A stretch of 45,308 bases of DNA, counting the filler, from Sphacelaria rigidula (taxonomy: Eukaryota), in the NCBI GenBank assembly GCA_964200075.2. It is 2 parts of 2 records of this genome, joined end to end, with 100 filler letters (N's around TTAATTAATTAA, not from the genome) between each part and the next. Parts side by side here need not be neighbours in the genome. Positions count along the whole stretch, not along the records: positions 1 to 22,606 come from CAXNAA020000325.1; 1 more part is not named here. One strand, 5' to 3'. Shown here piece after piece: positions 1-12,255 of this stretch; position 1 is the stretch's first letter; each line of letters opens with the position of its first letter. The position numbers were made by a program, and so were the translations under genes. The notes beneath the pieces are model-generated. The model was not told where the DNA came from and did not search any database. It was given only the letters and a program-made list of their open reading frames with translations.

Positions 1-146
1 CCGAGGTTTCGAGATTGGCCGCTGAACAATAAGTCGTGTGCAATAGTCTGTGCTTGCTAACATCACTCCGCCCAATAATCGGTGGAGATCGCCATAGATT
101 TTATTGCACACGGAATATTGTTCAACGGCCACTCTCGAAACCTTGG
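1..146. repeat. Inverted repeat / MITE-like hairpin, 45-bp arms (left arm may extend outside the window)
   Basis: 1-45 ccgaggtttcgagattggccgctgaacaataagtcgtgtgcaata matches the reverse complement of 102-146 (ccaaggtttcgagagtggccgttgaacaatattccgtgtgcaata) with 6 mismatches. Confidence 0.85.
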
Positions 147-629
147 AGCTAGGCGAACCTGAAAAGTGGGCTAGGCTCCTCTCTGTGAGGTGATGCAAAC
201 TGTATGAAACAATCGTTTTCGATCGAAAACATGCGGTCGAAAGGCACGAAGCGGCGCTTGACTCCAATCTTTTAGATTACCACGCCAGATAACACCTCTT
301 CACAGGACCATGCAAACTCCATCCAACTCATTCTCAGTTACTTAGCCATAAATTCCGCTCAGGTGCGTTAGCCGTTAGTGCACGTGCATGTAATTACTCT
401 TGTGTTCGTGGAGAAACACCTGAGCCCTTCGAACCGATGGTTACGGATTTATTGTGCTGCACGATCTTGTTTCGAAAATGAATATAGAGCAGAAACCCCC
501 GAGCCGTCCAACCCCGTGGTTGCGAACTTGATGAACTGTACGGTCTTGTTTCGAATAAAAATAGTACAGTCTGTGGTGTTGCCAGATGATATCGCCTAGC
601 TAGCTACCTAGCTACCCAGCCATATATCC

Positions 630-925
630 AGCAGACGGTCCACGAGGGAAAGGCAGTGCTGATTCCCTGTCAGGCCGTTTCTTATAGACTGAAAACAAAT
701 CTGCCCTTCTGAACCTTTCATCACGGATTATTGGCGGAATACGGGCCTTGGCGGATTTGGCCTCCTCGGAAAGATTTGCTCTATTTTTCACGAGGATTCC
801 AGCACGTTTGTCCGATATTTCACACTCCCAGTTTTTCTCTTGGCCGTATTCTGGATTTTTTCAGTCAGTCTGAAGTATTTGACCACGACAACCGGTCACC
901 TGCTGACGAGGCGTGGATATCTGCT
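630..925. repeat. Degenerate inverted-repeat element (old MITE?)
   Basis: Nested complementary patches: agcagacggtccacg / cgtggatatctgct, gactgaaaacaaatc / gattttttcagtc, gaatacgggcc / ggccgtattc. Confidence 0.35.
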
Positions 926-2242
926 CTTTTCATCTTATCGTCAACAGAGGTATATCCAACTTTTCTCTCGGTTTCTTGGTTTATTCGCTGGCTCTTTGTT
1001 CTATTTTTTTCAGTCCGAGTTTGAGATACTACTATTAATAATTTAAACATTCTTTGGTGGAGTGTTTAGTAGATATGACGACGGTGAATGTTTCTTCCCC
1101 AACTATTGTGATGCGTTGAACACGAGGTCAACACCCGAATAAACGTCTCTTGAAAATGATCAGTTGGACTGCTTAGTAATAGCACGGTAGGTGCAGCCTT
1201 GTATACAGGACTATTTCTACCTCACCTGTTAATAGTATGTCCATATTACAGGAGAGTGCATTCGTACTACGGATTCATGTTCAAAAGGTGTAGCTCTGCA
1301 TGCAGGGCTTTTATAAACTGTTGCTACCAAGGTACACTGACAGCTCAACAAATAGCTCTGCATGCAGGATGAACAGTGTTCTAGTGAGCTTGAGAGTAGA
1401 TACTATACAGTGAAAACGTAAAGCGGTCAATCAGTGAATGATTTGTTTCAAATCCTACATGCACTTCCACCACGCACTACATGCTATCTGTGGTAGCTTG
1501 TCACCGATGCCCTTCACATCCCTCGGTATGATGTCGACGTGTCGCTGAATGCAAACGCCGGTGATGGGGGCAAAGAAAAGAACATACGGAATGAATGTTT
1601 GCCCAAGTGAAAGCGAATGATCGAAGGTACTTTCCATTGGCGCTCTACTCTCGACTCGTAGCACTCATGCCATCAGCCGATGAACTATATCGATGATCAC
1701 ACTGTGAAAAGATACCCCGCCATGAACACGTTTTTGTGGTTCTAGTTCCTGTTTTGAGTTTTGCTCGATCTTGAGGAGGATTTTGTGGTTCGGGATCGGC
1801 ACCCCGGGAAATATAGCCAGTGTGGGCAACTTTCGATACCCACAACACCCACCACCAGTATCACATGACACCTGAACCTCACAGGTAATGTACCGGTGCA
1901 CCTCGTTTGTGCCCCGCAAAAAAAAACGCGGTATAAGATCCTTTGCCGACAGAGAAAACTCGGCAAAAGTGGTGAAAAATGCGAAATGATACATGTACAT
2001 ATGTGTATTAGTAATGAAACTCATGAATATGAGAGGAGTAGCAGGAGAAGGACTATACGGCATGGGTGTGATATTATTGGAATTGAAATACGCGAGACAC
2101 AGAATTGAGTAGAACGAATGAAAAGTGTGAAGAATGCGGAATACCCTAATATGTGTCACCACCGACATTTCGTTCCGATGAGAAAAAAAGTAGAACCCGG
2201 AGTAAAAAGTAGATTAGTCATTGAAGAGTAGGGAATTGTACA

Positions 2243-2541
2243 GAAGTTGACAATTTGCTTACGAAAGAGCAAAATCTCTATGTACAACAGTCGGTTAAAA
2301 TCTGATCCAACATATACGACATTTAACGAAAAAAGCTGTACTTTTCAGGACAGTAAAAAGTACACGACTACAAATACCGAGGCTACGATTTCACCGAAGT
2401 TGATAATTTGCTCACGAAAGAGCAAAATCTCTATGTACGACAGTCGGTTGAAATCCGATCCAACATATACGACATTTGACGAAAAAAGCTGTACTTTTCA
2501 GGACAGGAAAAAGTACAAAACTACATGTACGGAGGCTACGA
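2243..2541. repeat. Tandem duplication, 153-bp period, 2 copies
   Basis: gaagttga(c/t)aatttgct...ggctacga at 2243 and 2396; also visible as the duplicated peptide in ORF 2247..2558. Confidence 0.95.
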
Positions 2542-2739
2542 CGGACAACATGGGCTGAAACCCACTGCGAGAAAAACTTCCGATGGAAAAACGTTTTTCC
2601 TGAAAAACCTGCTCGCAAACAATCGCAGAAAGTAAAGACGGAAACGTAAAAGCATACGACAACACCCTCGCAAAGCAACCGGTGTCACACTCCCACTATG
2701 CATGTAACTCACGAAGAAGCAATACGAACCTTTACAGTC

Positions 2740-2945
2740 GCTCCGGTCTACACCTTTCGGTATATATACATATATGTGCGGGCACCAGCTGGGGTCACAG
2801 AGGAGCTTGATATTTTTAATTTGTTTTCACTGCAGCGCTTGCCTTTATTTTTTATCGCGAGAAGGGTTCAGCAGTCCCTTCCTCTCGTAGTCGATTTTTG
2901 TGTACCCACGACATGTTCGCTCTCCACTGTTGGGCATGGTGTGAT
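2740..2945 (-). mobile_element. 5'-truncated copy of the SINE family seen full-length at 37391-37752
   Basis: Shares gtctaca(c/t)ctttcggt, cagc(t/c)ggggtcaca, ggttcagca(g/c)tccc, agtcga(t/a)ttttgt and tctccact(g/t)ttgggcat blocks, in order, with the reverse complement of 37490-37720; tRNA-like head absent. Confidence 0.75.
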
Positions 2946-3003
2946 GGGAAGACATTTGTCGTAAAAAAAACTTCATGCCAACGAATACACATAGTCAAGA
3001 CGT

Positions 3004-3051
3004 GAATCGGCATCATTTTCAGTGTTTTTCAAGATAAAATGATGCCGATTC
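3004..3051. repeat. Perfect 16-bp inverted repeat with 16-nt loop
   Basis: gaatcggcatcatttt (3004-3019) / aaaatgatgccgattc (3036-3051). Confidence 0.85.
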
Positions 3052-3117
3052 TCAAAGTGACCCGTCCAGCATCCCGAGAAACATATTCACCAAAAAGGGA
3101 ACTTCTACCATAGCATG

Positions 3118-3185
3118 GCTCCGGTGTACACCTTTCGGTATATATATGTGGGCGCACCAGCCGGGGTCACACAGGATTTTTTTTA
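3118..3185 (-). mobile_element. Short 3' fragment of the same SINE family
   Basis: gctccggtgtacacctttcggtatatatatgtgggcgcaccagccggggtcacacagga is nearly identical to 2740-2805. Confidence 0.7.
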
Positions 3186-3387
3186 TTTTCTTTGTTTTTA
3201 GTACGCCACCTTGACCTCGCTTACGATGGCAAGCAATGAAGACTGAAAGCAAGACACAGGAGAAGGTCGTGGGAGTTGGCCGGAACAAAAAACGGGTACT
3301 TCCGTCTGTTACGCGCAAACGTTCGAACACTGACAGATTGGGTCGTTCACACAAATGTGATGTCTCCTGTATATTCGTGTATGCATG

Positions 3388-3467
3388 TTCCCGTTTTTCA
3401 GAATCAAATTTCCGTCTTTCAGAATCAAATTTCCGTCTTTCAGAATCAAATTTCCGTCTTTCAGAAT
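3388..3467. repeat. 21-bp minisatellite, about 3.8 copies
   Basis: (tttccgtctttcagaatcaaa)n. Confidence 0.95.
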
Positions 3468-6400
3468 TCAAGCGTGAGATCCACGATGAGGGTTCCGCGT
3501 ATTGCCTGTCACGCGCGAAGTTTCAGGCACTCTTCTGCTCAATAATTATCTCTTTGCCTTTTTTGTCCACCTGTGGACCCTTTTTTGTGAAGTGGTGACC
3601 GTACAGCCGGCTTAGGAGAAGATACGCCGAGCAGTCACTACCATAGCCATTTCGGTCAAATTACCCTCCCACCAAGTGAGGCCGAAACCGAAGGTCGAAT
3701 CTCGCCCTCGTCGATGGTGACCGGTCATGGGAAATCATTGCACTGTCTCATCAAGCTTTCCAAAACGAAAAATGTCGCAGGGTGAGAGTAGAGCTGAAGG
3801 GTTTTTGTGAAGTGTGCTGTTTTAAGACTAGGTCTAATTGACCCGCCTGCACGGGAGCGTTCACACGCAATATTAGTACATGATCACAACAGCCGCTAGT
3901 AGATGTAAGGCAGTGCAAGTACTACAATCGCTCCAGACGTCTCGGCTTCTGCACCGGAGCTCTGACACGAAGCAGCCGCTAGAGTTGTCTTTCTTCTGTG
4001 AACTCCCCCTCTGAAATTCGACACTTAAAGGGATGCTCGCTGTTGAAAGGCGGAATTGCCTGTTGTGCACAGCCGCACAGAACGAAGTAGCAGCGCCTGC
4101 CGACACGCACCCAAACTGCATGTCGTGACAACTTGCGGCGAGAAAAAACAAAACATGCGCACCGATTTTTTTTAATTTGCGATGTTGGACCTCTATTACG
4201 ATAGCGCTAGACACTAATCCTCAACCCAAAAGTGCCGATCGCGCAACGCATAGAACTCGGTGACGAAGCAGATGGTTGGACTGCCGTTTCTTGCGTGCGC
4301 TTCCCACACACCCAAGCTAGATCAACCTAAATAACTTTTTCGTTTGAGCGTGATACTGAGCCCCAACAAACCCAAACGAACAAAAATGAGGTGTTTTGCG
4401 CTCTGGGAGGGGGTTTCTCGCTGCTGGGGCGACGCCAGAAAAATGTGAAATGGGTTTCTCCTAGATCTTGTGTGTGTGCGGGGATGAGTGAAGTGCCGTA
4501 GGCTGCCTTGCTTTCTGTGTCGAGAATCGCGCGATATCCCGTGCTAGAGCTGTCCCCTAGTAAATCAAGTTTATAAGTGATGAAGCGTGCGTTCTGCTCG
4601 AGAGCGCCTCGGCACAGGTGCGACCACCTACTGACGTGTTCATTATTCCTCCACACTTGTGTTTTTTCTTAGTTTGCCGTTGATTTGTGGTCGTTAGGCC
4701 CTCCAGTCCCACCCATAACATTACACGACAATGCCGGGCTGTAATACACGATGTTACAGTTAGTACTGTAGAACAGTGTGCGACAAGAGTGAAGTACGAG
4801 TGCAGTTCCGTACATCACCCTGCAACTTCGTCGGCAACAAACAGTGGGATAATACAGCAGCGGTCGCTGTGGTGATGCGTACGCCGTGCAGTGCGGTATA
4901 GTACCATCGCCGCAGGGCATGGCATAACACTTCTCATCCGCTTGTCGAACCCCTTGTGCACCACCGTTGCTACGACGCGGTCCCAGCAGCTGGCGCAGGT
5001 AGACACGGTCTGTGCTGTCACGAGACTGTCTGCTGCTGCGCTTCCAAACGATTGAACGCCTGTTGTCCTACTATCGTGCGTCACTGTACGTGCGTCGCCT
5101 TCCTGCAGCTTCGGAAGACCTCAACTTTCCCCTGGTCTGTAGCGCATATTCGGAAACCCTCAATCTCAGCTCCCCTGATGTTCGTACAGATCGAGATTTG
5201 TGTCGCCATCAAAGCTAGACTTTTCCCCGCCCGGGTCAACCCAGTTTCCCTCCAGCTGGGGATCAAATCACTCTATCCATTCTTTAGACACGATGGGGGT
5301 TGTGATCTCCCGTATTCGCCAGTTACATAGGCATGAAAACACGAATGACGATGCCCCCGAACACGCAGGGGGCATCTTGAGGCCTTGTCTAGCACATAAT
5401 CTCCCCATGTGACCCCATCCTCCTCCCATTTCCTCTCCCGGGGATGAAATCAACACATCCCCTCCCAAAACAATCTCAGCGAAAATCCCAGCGAAAAACG
5501 GGGTGTTATCAGACGTTGGGTCATTTGCGGTTGGAAAACAACGAATCTGAACACGTGACTGTTACTAATGAGAAGCGAGGAATATACCACATCAAGTGAT
5601 ACATGTCGTTTTTTCGTCACGAGGTTACGGACACGGCGGGGAAGATCTTGTTCCACTCCCTCGCTGAACATGGGCAGGGGTCATTATGCACCGACTAGGG
5701 TATATTGCGTACGAATGGTGATGTCCCTGTACACTCAGCAGGCATTATCAGACCGAAGTCCAAAATCAAATTCCTTCCGCATTACCTATCCAATAGTCGC
5801 ATACATGGTATCATATCGGCCGTAATGAACAAACGAAGAGGTTGATAGTCGCATTTGTGTATAGCAGTGGCGCTAAGGACGAAAATGTACCTCGACTGAT
5901 CAGCGCTCCTCAATTTCTTCTGAAATCGAAAATATGTCTTCTTAGCCCAATTTGTACCCAATCTCCACATGCTTCGACTCGTAGTAACCGCCATCAGCTC
6001 GGGAGTCTAACAAAGAGAACAGATTTGCAAGCTGTTACTCTTACAATGGGATCAAGCTATACCCTGAACCGTCGTTTTTCGGGGATACGGGGTTTTAGCG
6101 TTGTCGGATTTCCACTGATGATACGCACGAAGGACCCAGGAAGCCTCTTGACGTGTTCCCTTATATATGTTGTGGAAAAGCTCAGATCGCCCTCAAACGT
6201 GGCAGTTCTGCAAGTATGGGTGCTCCAAATGAAGAAAAAGAAAAGGATGGCGATGAAAATATTCCAAAGATTCTCTGTTTTCACCGGCTGTCGGGGGTCC
6301 CAGCCTGAAGATCCCCGGAAGGCGGTACAAAACGCCTCAAAACAACATAAGTATATTGCGCCCCGCGATAGTCCGAGGAACACATGTACAAAGTTTGGTC

Positions 6401-8521
6401 ACAAAACTCGAAAACCTCATACTGTTTTTCTCGCATGAAGTTGAACATACGCGGAAAAGACTCCTTCATATTGAGAAAAAACAGTTGAGAGTTTGCACGT
6501 TTGAAGCTCACTTAATCACACAAGAGCTCAAAACTTCATGCCGCTGTTGGAGTCTCGAAAATTTGCGCACGCGCACCATGGTTCGTTACAAACATTGATG
6601 GACGACAGATTTTAATTTTTTAATTTTCACTGTTTATCATGGGTCCTACGGGGTCCTTCGTGGGACCCCCGGGAGACCGGCGGAAATAGTCGGACGGTGA
6701 AAAGGATCTCCACCATCGACAGTTTTGTAATGATACATACAGTGTAGCACATCCGTGGAACATTTCAGGGTCTAACTCCTAGAAATGGCGTGAAGCTTTG
6801 CAGATGAAGTACCTGTAGAGTGATGAACGTGAACCAGGCTGTAATTTCGTCTCGAACACTCTCACCCAGGGGGTGCTACTCGAACGTGTGGGCCGTTCGC
6901 GGGCGGGGTGCAAAATGCTTCTGAACGCATGACAGGTATCGTCAAGAGATCGACACCTTTACTATGTACTCCTAGGATAGGCAGGAGCACCATCCTTCGT
7001 TTGAGACGAGGCAAAACGGTGAACACTACCCGCGTGGGCGGCTACTTGCCTATCCCTTGTGAAGTTCCACATGAGACCCCATCAGTGCATGGAAGATGTT
7101 ATCTATATAGCCGGACATGACATGCAGTAGTGTTTCGACGCTTGATGAGGGTCTTGACTGTACTGAAATCGCCGAAAACAGAGCGGGGCAACACTAGCCT
7201 GCACTTTGGTACAAATGCAAATGAATTGGCCAATGCCAGTCGGTGTAAGAGCTGAAACCTCACTTGGTGTTTGTCAAGCCTGACATGACCCAACTTCCAC
7301 AAACGATATGTCTACCCCCACTAATTACATAGCGCAGTTTCGATATCCGCGTTGCCTCTCTCGATATCTCGCCTTGAATACCCCGAGTTGGCAACGTGAA
7401 ATTTTCAACGATCTTTATAATATGTGTTGATGTCGCAGAGGGCATCTCGGATTCGGCGTCTCGACCTAATTTTCAGCCAGGACATATATTTTTGTAGATT
7501 CTAAGTCAGAAAGGAGCAGGCGAGACTTTAGCCTTGAATAGCGTGGGAGTAGCCCCTAGCCTCTTCGTTCGCGGCAACAGTGCATTCGCGAATTCAACGC
7601 GTATCTCCACCCTTCCCCCAGAATGCCGCCAAGACGCTACACCAATGACGAACCGAAGCGATAAAGTGCCAACAATAAAAACACTAAGCTGTCATCATTC
7701 TGGTTGCTCCTGGATTGGAGTCGGTTGTCTAAAAGACCCTCGTTCGGCAAAAAAGCTCACAGCGTTGCCCATACATGAACACTGGAAACCTAGTGCAGCA
7801 CCATATGAAAAGCTTCCTTCCGTTTGCCGTCTCGTGTGATGAATCTCAAATGTCATTAACAAACTACTAGGAACACCCCATATCCCGTCACTGGAAAAAA
7901 TCACACCCCCAAAAAGCTCGTCGAGAGATCAACATCAACATACCCCGTGATTGGTGGTGGTCAAAACCGCCCGCGTTCGACAGGGAAAAACAATTACACA
8001 AGAGCAATCAACCGGTGTTCCAATGCAGTGCGAGAAAGCAATAAAAGCCTCATTACAGTTCAGGAGAATTACAAGAGCTGCACGCCCATAATATCACTGT
8101 TCCACCCACATTCCCACGACAAACAGAGGTCTGCGCTGTCATGCACTACAAGTAGTGCCACGGTAACTCTGCCAACAAAAATGACAGCACCTCTGGCCAG
8201 ACAAAACTCACACGATAAAAACGATAATACTACGTGGTAGTTGGTAACTTCTTTAGTGAACAGATGCACGGCTATGCGTGAGTTGTACCCCATGACGGTT
8301 TTGGCCACCTGCACGCGAGCGCAGCAGCATCAAAAGTACGTGGGGTGAGGCAACGTGCGTGGTTCGGACTTTGATTGAGGATAGGGTGTGACTTCGAAGT
8401 CAATTCCACGTTGGTGTTAGGTCGACCAAAGGATTGATTTTTGTTCACTCTATCTATGATTCTCTTAGCCTTCGAGCTGCCTCCCCCATGGCTGAGAAAC
8501 GTCGCAGCTGCCGTCCCCCCA

Positions 8522-8616
8522 AACGGTGCTCCATCTCGAAAGGGACGCGTGGTCAATGGTCAAACGACTAAAGCGAGCAACAAATGACACAAATGAGTAC
8601 GCCCCCCCATCCCCCC
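8522..8616 (+). mobile_element. Extreme 3' end of LINE family A (same family as 34501-36300)
   Basis: Translates NGAPSRKGRVVNGQTTKASNK* followed by gagtacgcccccccatcccccc; homologous to the reverse complement of 34501-34590 (NGATSRKGGVVNSQMTEANNE*). Confidence 0.75.
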
Positions 8617-10082
8617 ACTCGTGCGTGTCAACCGTTGCCATCAATGGACGAAATAATCATAGCCTCCTCGTCGGAACTCTGCTCGCTGTCGGTGATCGAA
8701 ACAATTAGAGCTGTTGGTGCTTCAAGCGGGATGTCTTGATCCGTGGTCACCTCCCCCCGCCTCTATTTTGTTCGGGGGGCGCCGCAGGCATTACGCCCCC
8801 CCCCCCCCCCCCCCCCCCCCAAAAAGGGGCCAGGGGGGGACCCCCGCGGCGGGGAAAACACCCCGGCCCCCCGCCGCGCCCGGCGTTCTCGACAAATGAC
8901 AACGAGGAGGGGGAGACTACGGTACCCTACAAGGGTGATGGGTTTCGGTGTTTGGGGGCAGATGTTGAGGCGGCGGTTAGTTACGTGACTTATGAGAGGA
9001 GAAGCGGGGGGACTGAGAAATGAAACATGAGCTTAAGGGAACAGCAACTTGGCTGGAAAAGCAACATGTCTTCACACCAAGGAAATAGAACAACAGACGG
9101 GCCCCACAGCACAAAAAAGAGACATGCACCACACACACACAACACGAAACTCATCGCACAAGGCCATCTCTGTTCGAGAATTGGATTGTCGTGTGTTGTT
9201 CTCTTTGTTCCTTCAGCTCTGGGACATGCGATACAGCGTCAAGCTCTAAAGCAGGGAATATCACCACAACGTGTCTCGGGTATTATGCATCACCTTACGG
9301 AGACGAATCTAGCCCACTTCCTCGATTTGCTAAGCGCTGAGGTGTCCAGAATAACCTCCGGATAAGAAAGAACATACAAATATCGTTTTGTGTTGATATT
9401 GTTTGCTCTGATATTCATAACAATGGCCATAGCCTTCGCATTACAATATCTTCATTCCGACGACATCCCCTGTCTTCGGTCCACAAACGTTTTCGAATGT
9501 TTCAAATGTGAAATATCCAACCAAAACACATCTAGTCCCCACACCAGACGGCCTGAGGATAAACGGTCGATGCCGTTTTTATCATACTGTTAACATACAG
9601 TACACGAGTAAACAGAGCAACCGGGTGTACGTCACTCAGGATATTCAGCAATAGGACAAAGGAACCACACCCCACGACACACGCTCATACATTCATTTTT
9701 CCTTCGCCTCTTCTTCGGGGCCCTTCCCGCAGTCCCCAGCCCACTACTGCTACTGCAACGGCGACGACAACGACTTGGGATTGGTGGAGAAAGGTTGCCC
9801 ATGACCCTCTTTACTGGCCTTCTCGCCCCTCTGTTCGGGGTGTTTCACCGTGATGCCCATTGTCCTCCTCATTACTCCCCGAAACTTCTTGTAAGATCAC
9901 AGTCTTCCAGGGGGGTGACGGCCGTTTCCGCTGACCCGACCGCTTTGGTGTTAATCACGAAAAACCTCCCTTTACCAACAACGAGCCGTTCCTAATCTCA
10001 CGAACACGTTGTTCTTCAATACCAGTCGAGAACATGAGGCGCGACAGCTCTGGGGCAAAATTCTACCCATCACGGCAGAAGA

Positions 10083-10133
10083 GTTGTTGTTGTTGCTGTT
10101 GCTGTTGTTGTTGTTGTTGTTGTTGTCGTCGTC
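10083..10133. repeat. (GTT)n microsatellite
   Basis: gttgttgttgttgctgttgctgttgttg...gtcgtc. Confidence 0.9.
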
Positions 10134-10357
10134 TTCACATTAAAAATCGTTCCGATATCTGCTCGCTACATTCGTACTGAGCATCTGATGCGGACGCCTT
10201 ACGTGGTCACAGGCTAGCAAAAAAAAACAGAGTGCATCTTCATATTTCGATGCTCATTACGCAGGTCCTCACCGCTTATCTTCAGAAACAAACCCATCCG
10301 CGATAGAAGAAATTATCCTCAGAAGTGAAAATGAACCTTGAAACGAAGTGTTTATCC

Positions 10358-10679
10358 AAAAACGTGCTTTCCCGACCCAAAGTCATGACAAATGACTTCC
10401 GTATGGACGACCTAAAGCCCCCCTTTCTTCCTGAAACTATTTTCGGGGAATTCCCGTTTCCGTTCCCCCAAAGGGTATGTGCGAAACGCCGTTGTCGGGC
10501 TAAAAGCATTCTTTCTTTTCAACCCAAAATCGAAGCAAAAGGATACTTTTGCACATAGCCTTTGGGGGAACGGAAGACGAGGAACCCCTCAAAATAGTTC
10601 CAAGGAGGTCGGGAGACGTAAGGTCGCCCGTATAAAAGTCAATGTTCATGACTCTCAGGTCAGGAAAAGCACGTGTTTT
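10358..10679. repeat. Fold-back / MITE-like element, about 130-bp arms and 60-nt loop
   Basis: 10358-10486 (aaaaacgtgctttcccgacc...ttccgttcccccaaagggtatgtgcgaaa) matches the reverse complement of 10547-10679 (aaaacacgtgcttttcctgacc...ttccgttcccccaaaggctatgtgcaaaa). Confidence 0.85.
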
Positions 10680-10969
10680 CTGTAGTTGATGGTCATTGCA
10701 ATGTCCAGCCTCATTTATCAGGATCTTGTCTTCAATGTATATTATTCCGTGTTGTGGCTACCATGATGAATCGGAATATCCATTGCCATCCAAACCATTA
10801 CCGAGCCAATGGCATTCTCTCGTTCCCATCCAGATCGTTACTGAGCAAATCATGTTCTCTAATTCCCGTACGAACAAATAACCGCGCAATTTCACTGCTC
10901 CCAATTACTGTACAGCAAATCAAAATGAACTCGTCCCTCTGCTCAGTCAACATGACGTTCAGGTGGTAG

Positions 10970-11110
10970 TCCTGAAAAAGAAGGTTGAACAAAAAATGAG
11001 CCTCAATCCAAAAGAGTGCTTTCCGTACGCTACAGGAGTTACTCTCGGTGTAGGGAAAGAACTGTTTCGGCGTCAAGACTCATTTTTTTGTTCAACGTCA
11101 TTTTCCAGGA
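10970..11110. repeat. Fold-back hairpin, about 60-bp arms
   Basis: tcctgaaaaagaaggttgaacaaaaaatgagcctc...ctttccgtacgc versus reverse complement tcctggaaaatgacgttgaacaaaaaaatgagtctt...ctttccctacacc. Confidence 0.8.
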
Positions 11111-11814
11111 TCCTCTCTTCATCTGAGCTTGGTAAACAACACGTCCTCTTGCATGTGGTCCACGCACGATTTCGAAATGCTCGCATGTCTTGTCAAAATA
11201 CGTCATGACCATGAGTTGCCACCTGGTAAAAACAAAAATACGAGAAACAAAAACGCCATCACCACCATCTCGACTGGTTCCCGTACAAATGACCACCAGG
11301 GTGGCACATTACCATAAAAAAGTACCGTGCATTACCGTTGTGGCTGGATACGGTGGTTGATGTGACCAACCTCTAAAAGGCATACCAAAGCGGCTCCACG
11401 CCCATAGATCTGCCTCGCGATTGATATCCATCGCATTGAATTCAATTACGTTAACCACCGGTTATATTATGCGCCACGAACAGTGTAACAACTACGCAGT
11501 TGTTATTTGGTGTCGAGCATATGGAGGCATATCTCTCGACTTACCAGGAGCTCAGGAATGATGGCTGCACGCACACAAAGAATAATGGCGACAAGCTCTG
11601 GGTTCCCGGTATCTTCATGAACTACTATTAATATATTGGAAATATGGTACCACCTTCCCGCACCCGCCCGTTTTATATTGTGATCACTATACTACCGCCC
11701 TGCACCCGCCCGAGCCCGGGGCTTCACATGTGTATAAGGCAAAAACTATCCTTTGTATAGAGCAATGAGGATGACCTAGGTGAACGGACGACGACTGCTA
11801 CTTGACCATTCGTC

Positions 11815-12255
11815 CAGTGTTCGAGGCCTCGCCTGGGCTCTGTTTTCCCGCTCGTGGTGCCCGAGCAGAACACGTATTCTTCATATACCGCGAGTCGACT
11901 TCGAGCCCTGGCTCGGGCATTTGTTTTTTCGTCCGTGATGCGGTATTAAAAGCACAGTTTTTCTACACCGGGAGTCGTTTTCGTTTTTGTCACACGACTA
12001 CAACAGCTAAAAATTGAAAAGTGCTCTGCCGAGACTTGAACTGAGTGATTTTCTCCGCCTCTCGTGATGCTTAGATGGAACAAGTTTTCTTCACACCGGG
12101 GGTCGAGTTCGAGTCCTGGCTCGGGATTTTTTTTTTCCCGTTAGCGTTGCGTCATAAGAACACAGTTGTTTACACTGGGAGTCTTTTTTTGTTCTTGCCA
12201 AGCAGTGACGAAAACTAAACACTGAAACTGCTCTGCCGAGACTCGACCTCAGGTC
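11815..12255. repeat. Degenerate higher-order tandem repeat (about 80-bp subunit, about 207-bp period)
   Basis: ttcgag(t/c)cctggctcggg near 11900 and 12107 with a variant at 11819; gctctgccgagact at 12023 and 12230; acaccggg(a/g)gtcg repeated. Confidence 0.7.

Noticed and set aside
3388-3467. CRISPR-like short direct repeats (also 11815-12255 and 37150-38222)
   Set aside because: Head-to-tail repeats without unique spacers; no cas genes; eukaryotic context
6278-6686. Weak inverted similarity (ccggctgtcgggggtccc / gggacccccgggagaccgg)
   Set aside because: Too degenerate to define boundaries
8714-9023. Pro-rich ORFs over a 25-nt poly-C tract (also poly-G at about 22740-22763)
   Set aside because: Homopolymer-rich, probably low-quality sequence; no domain
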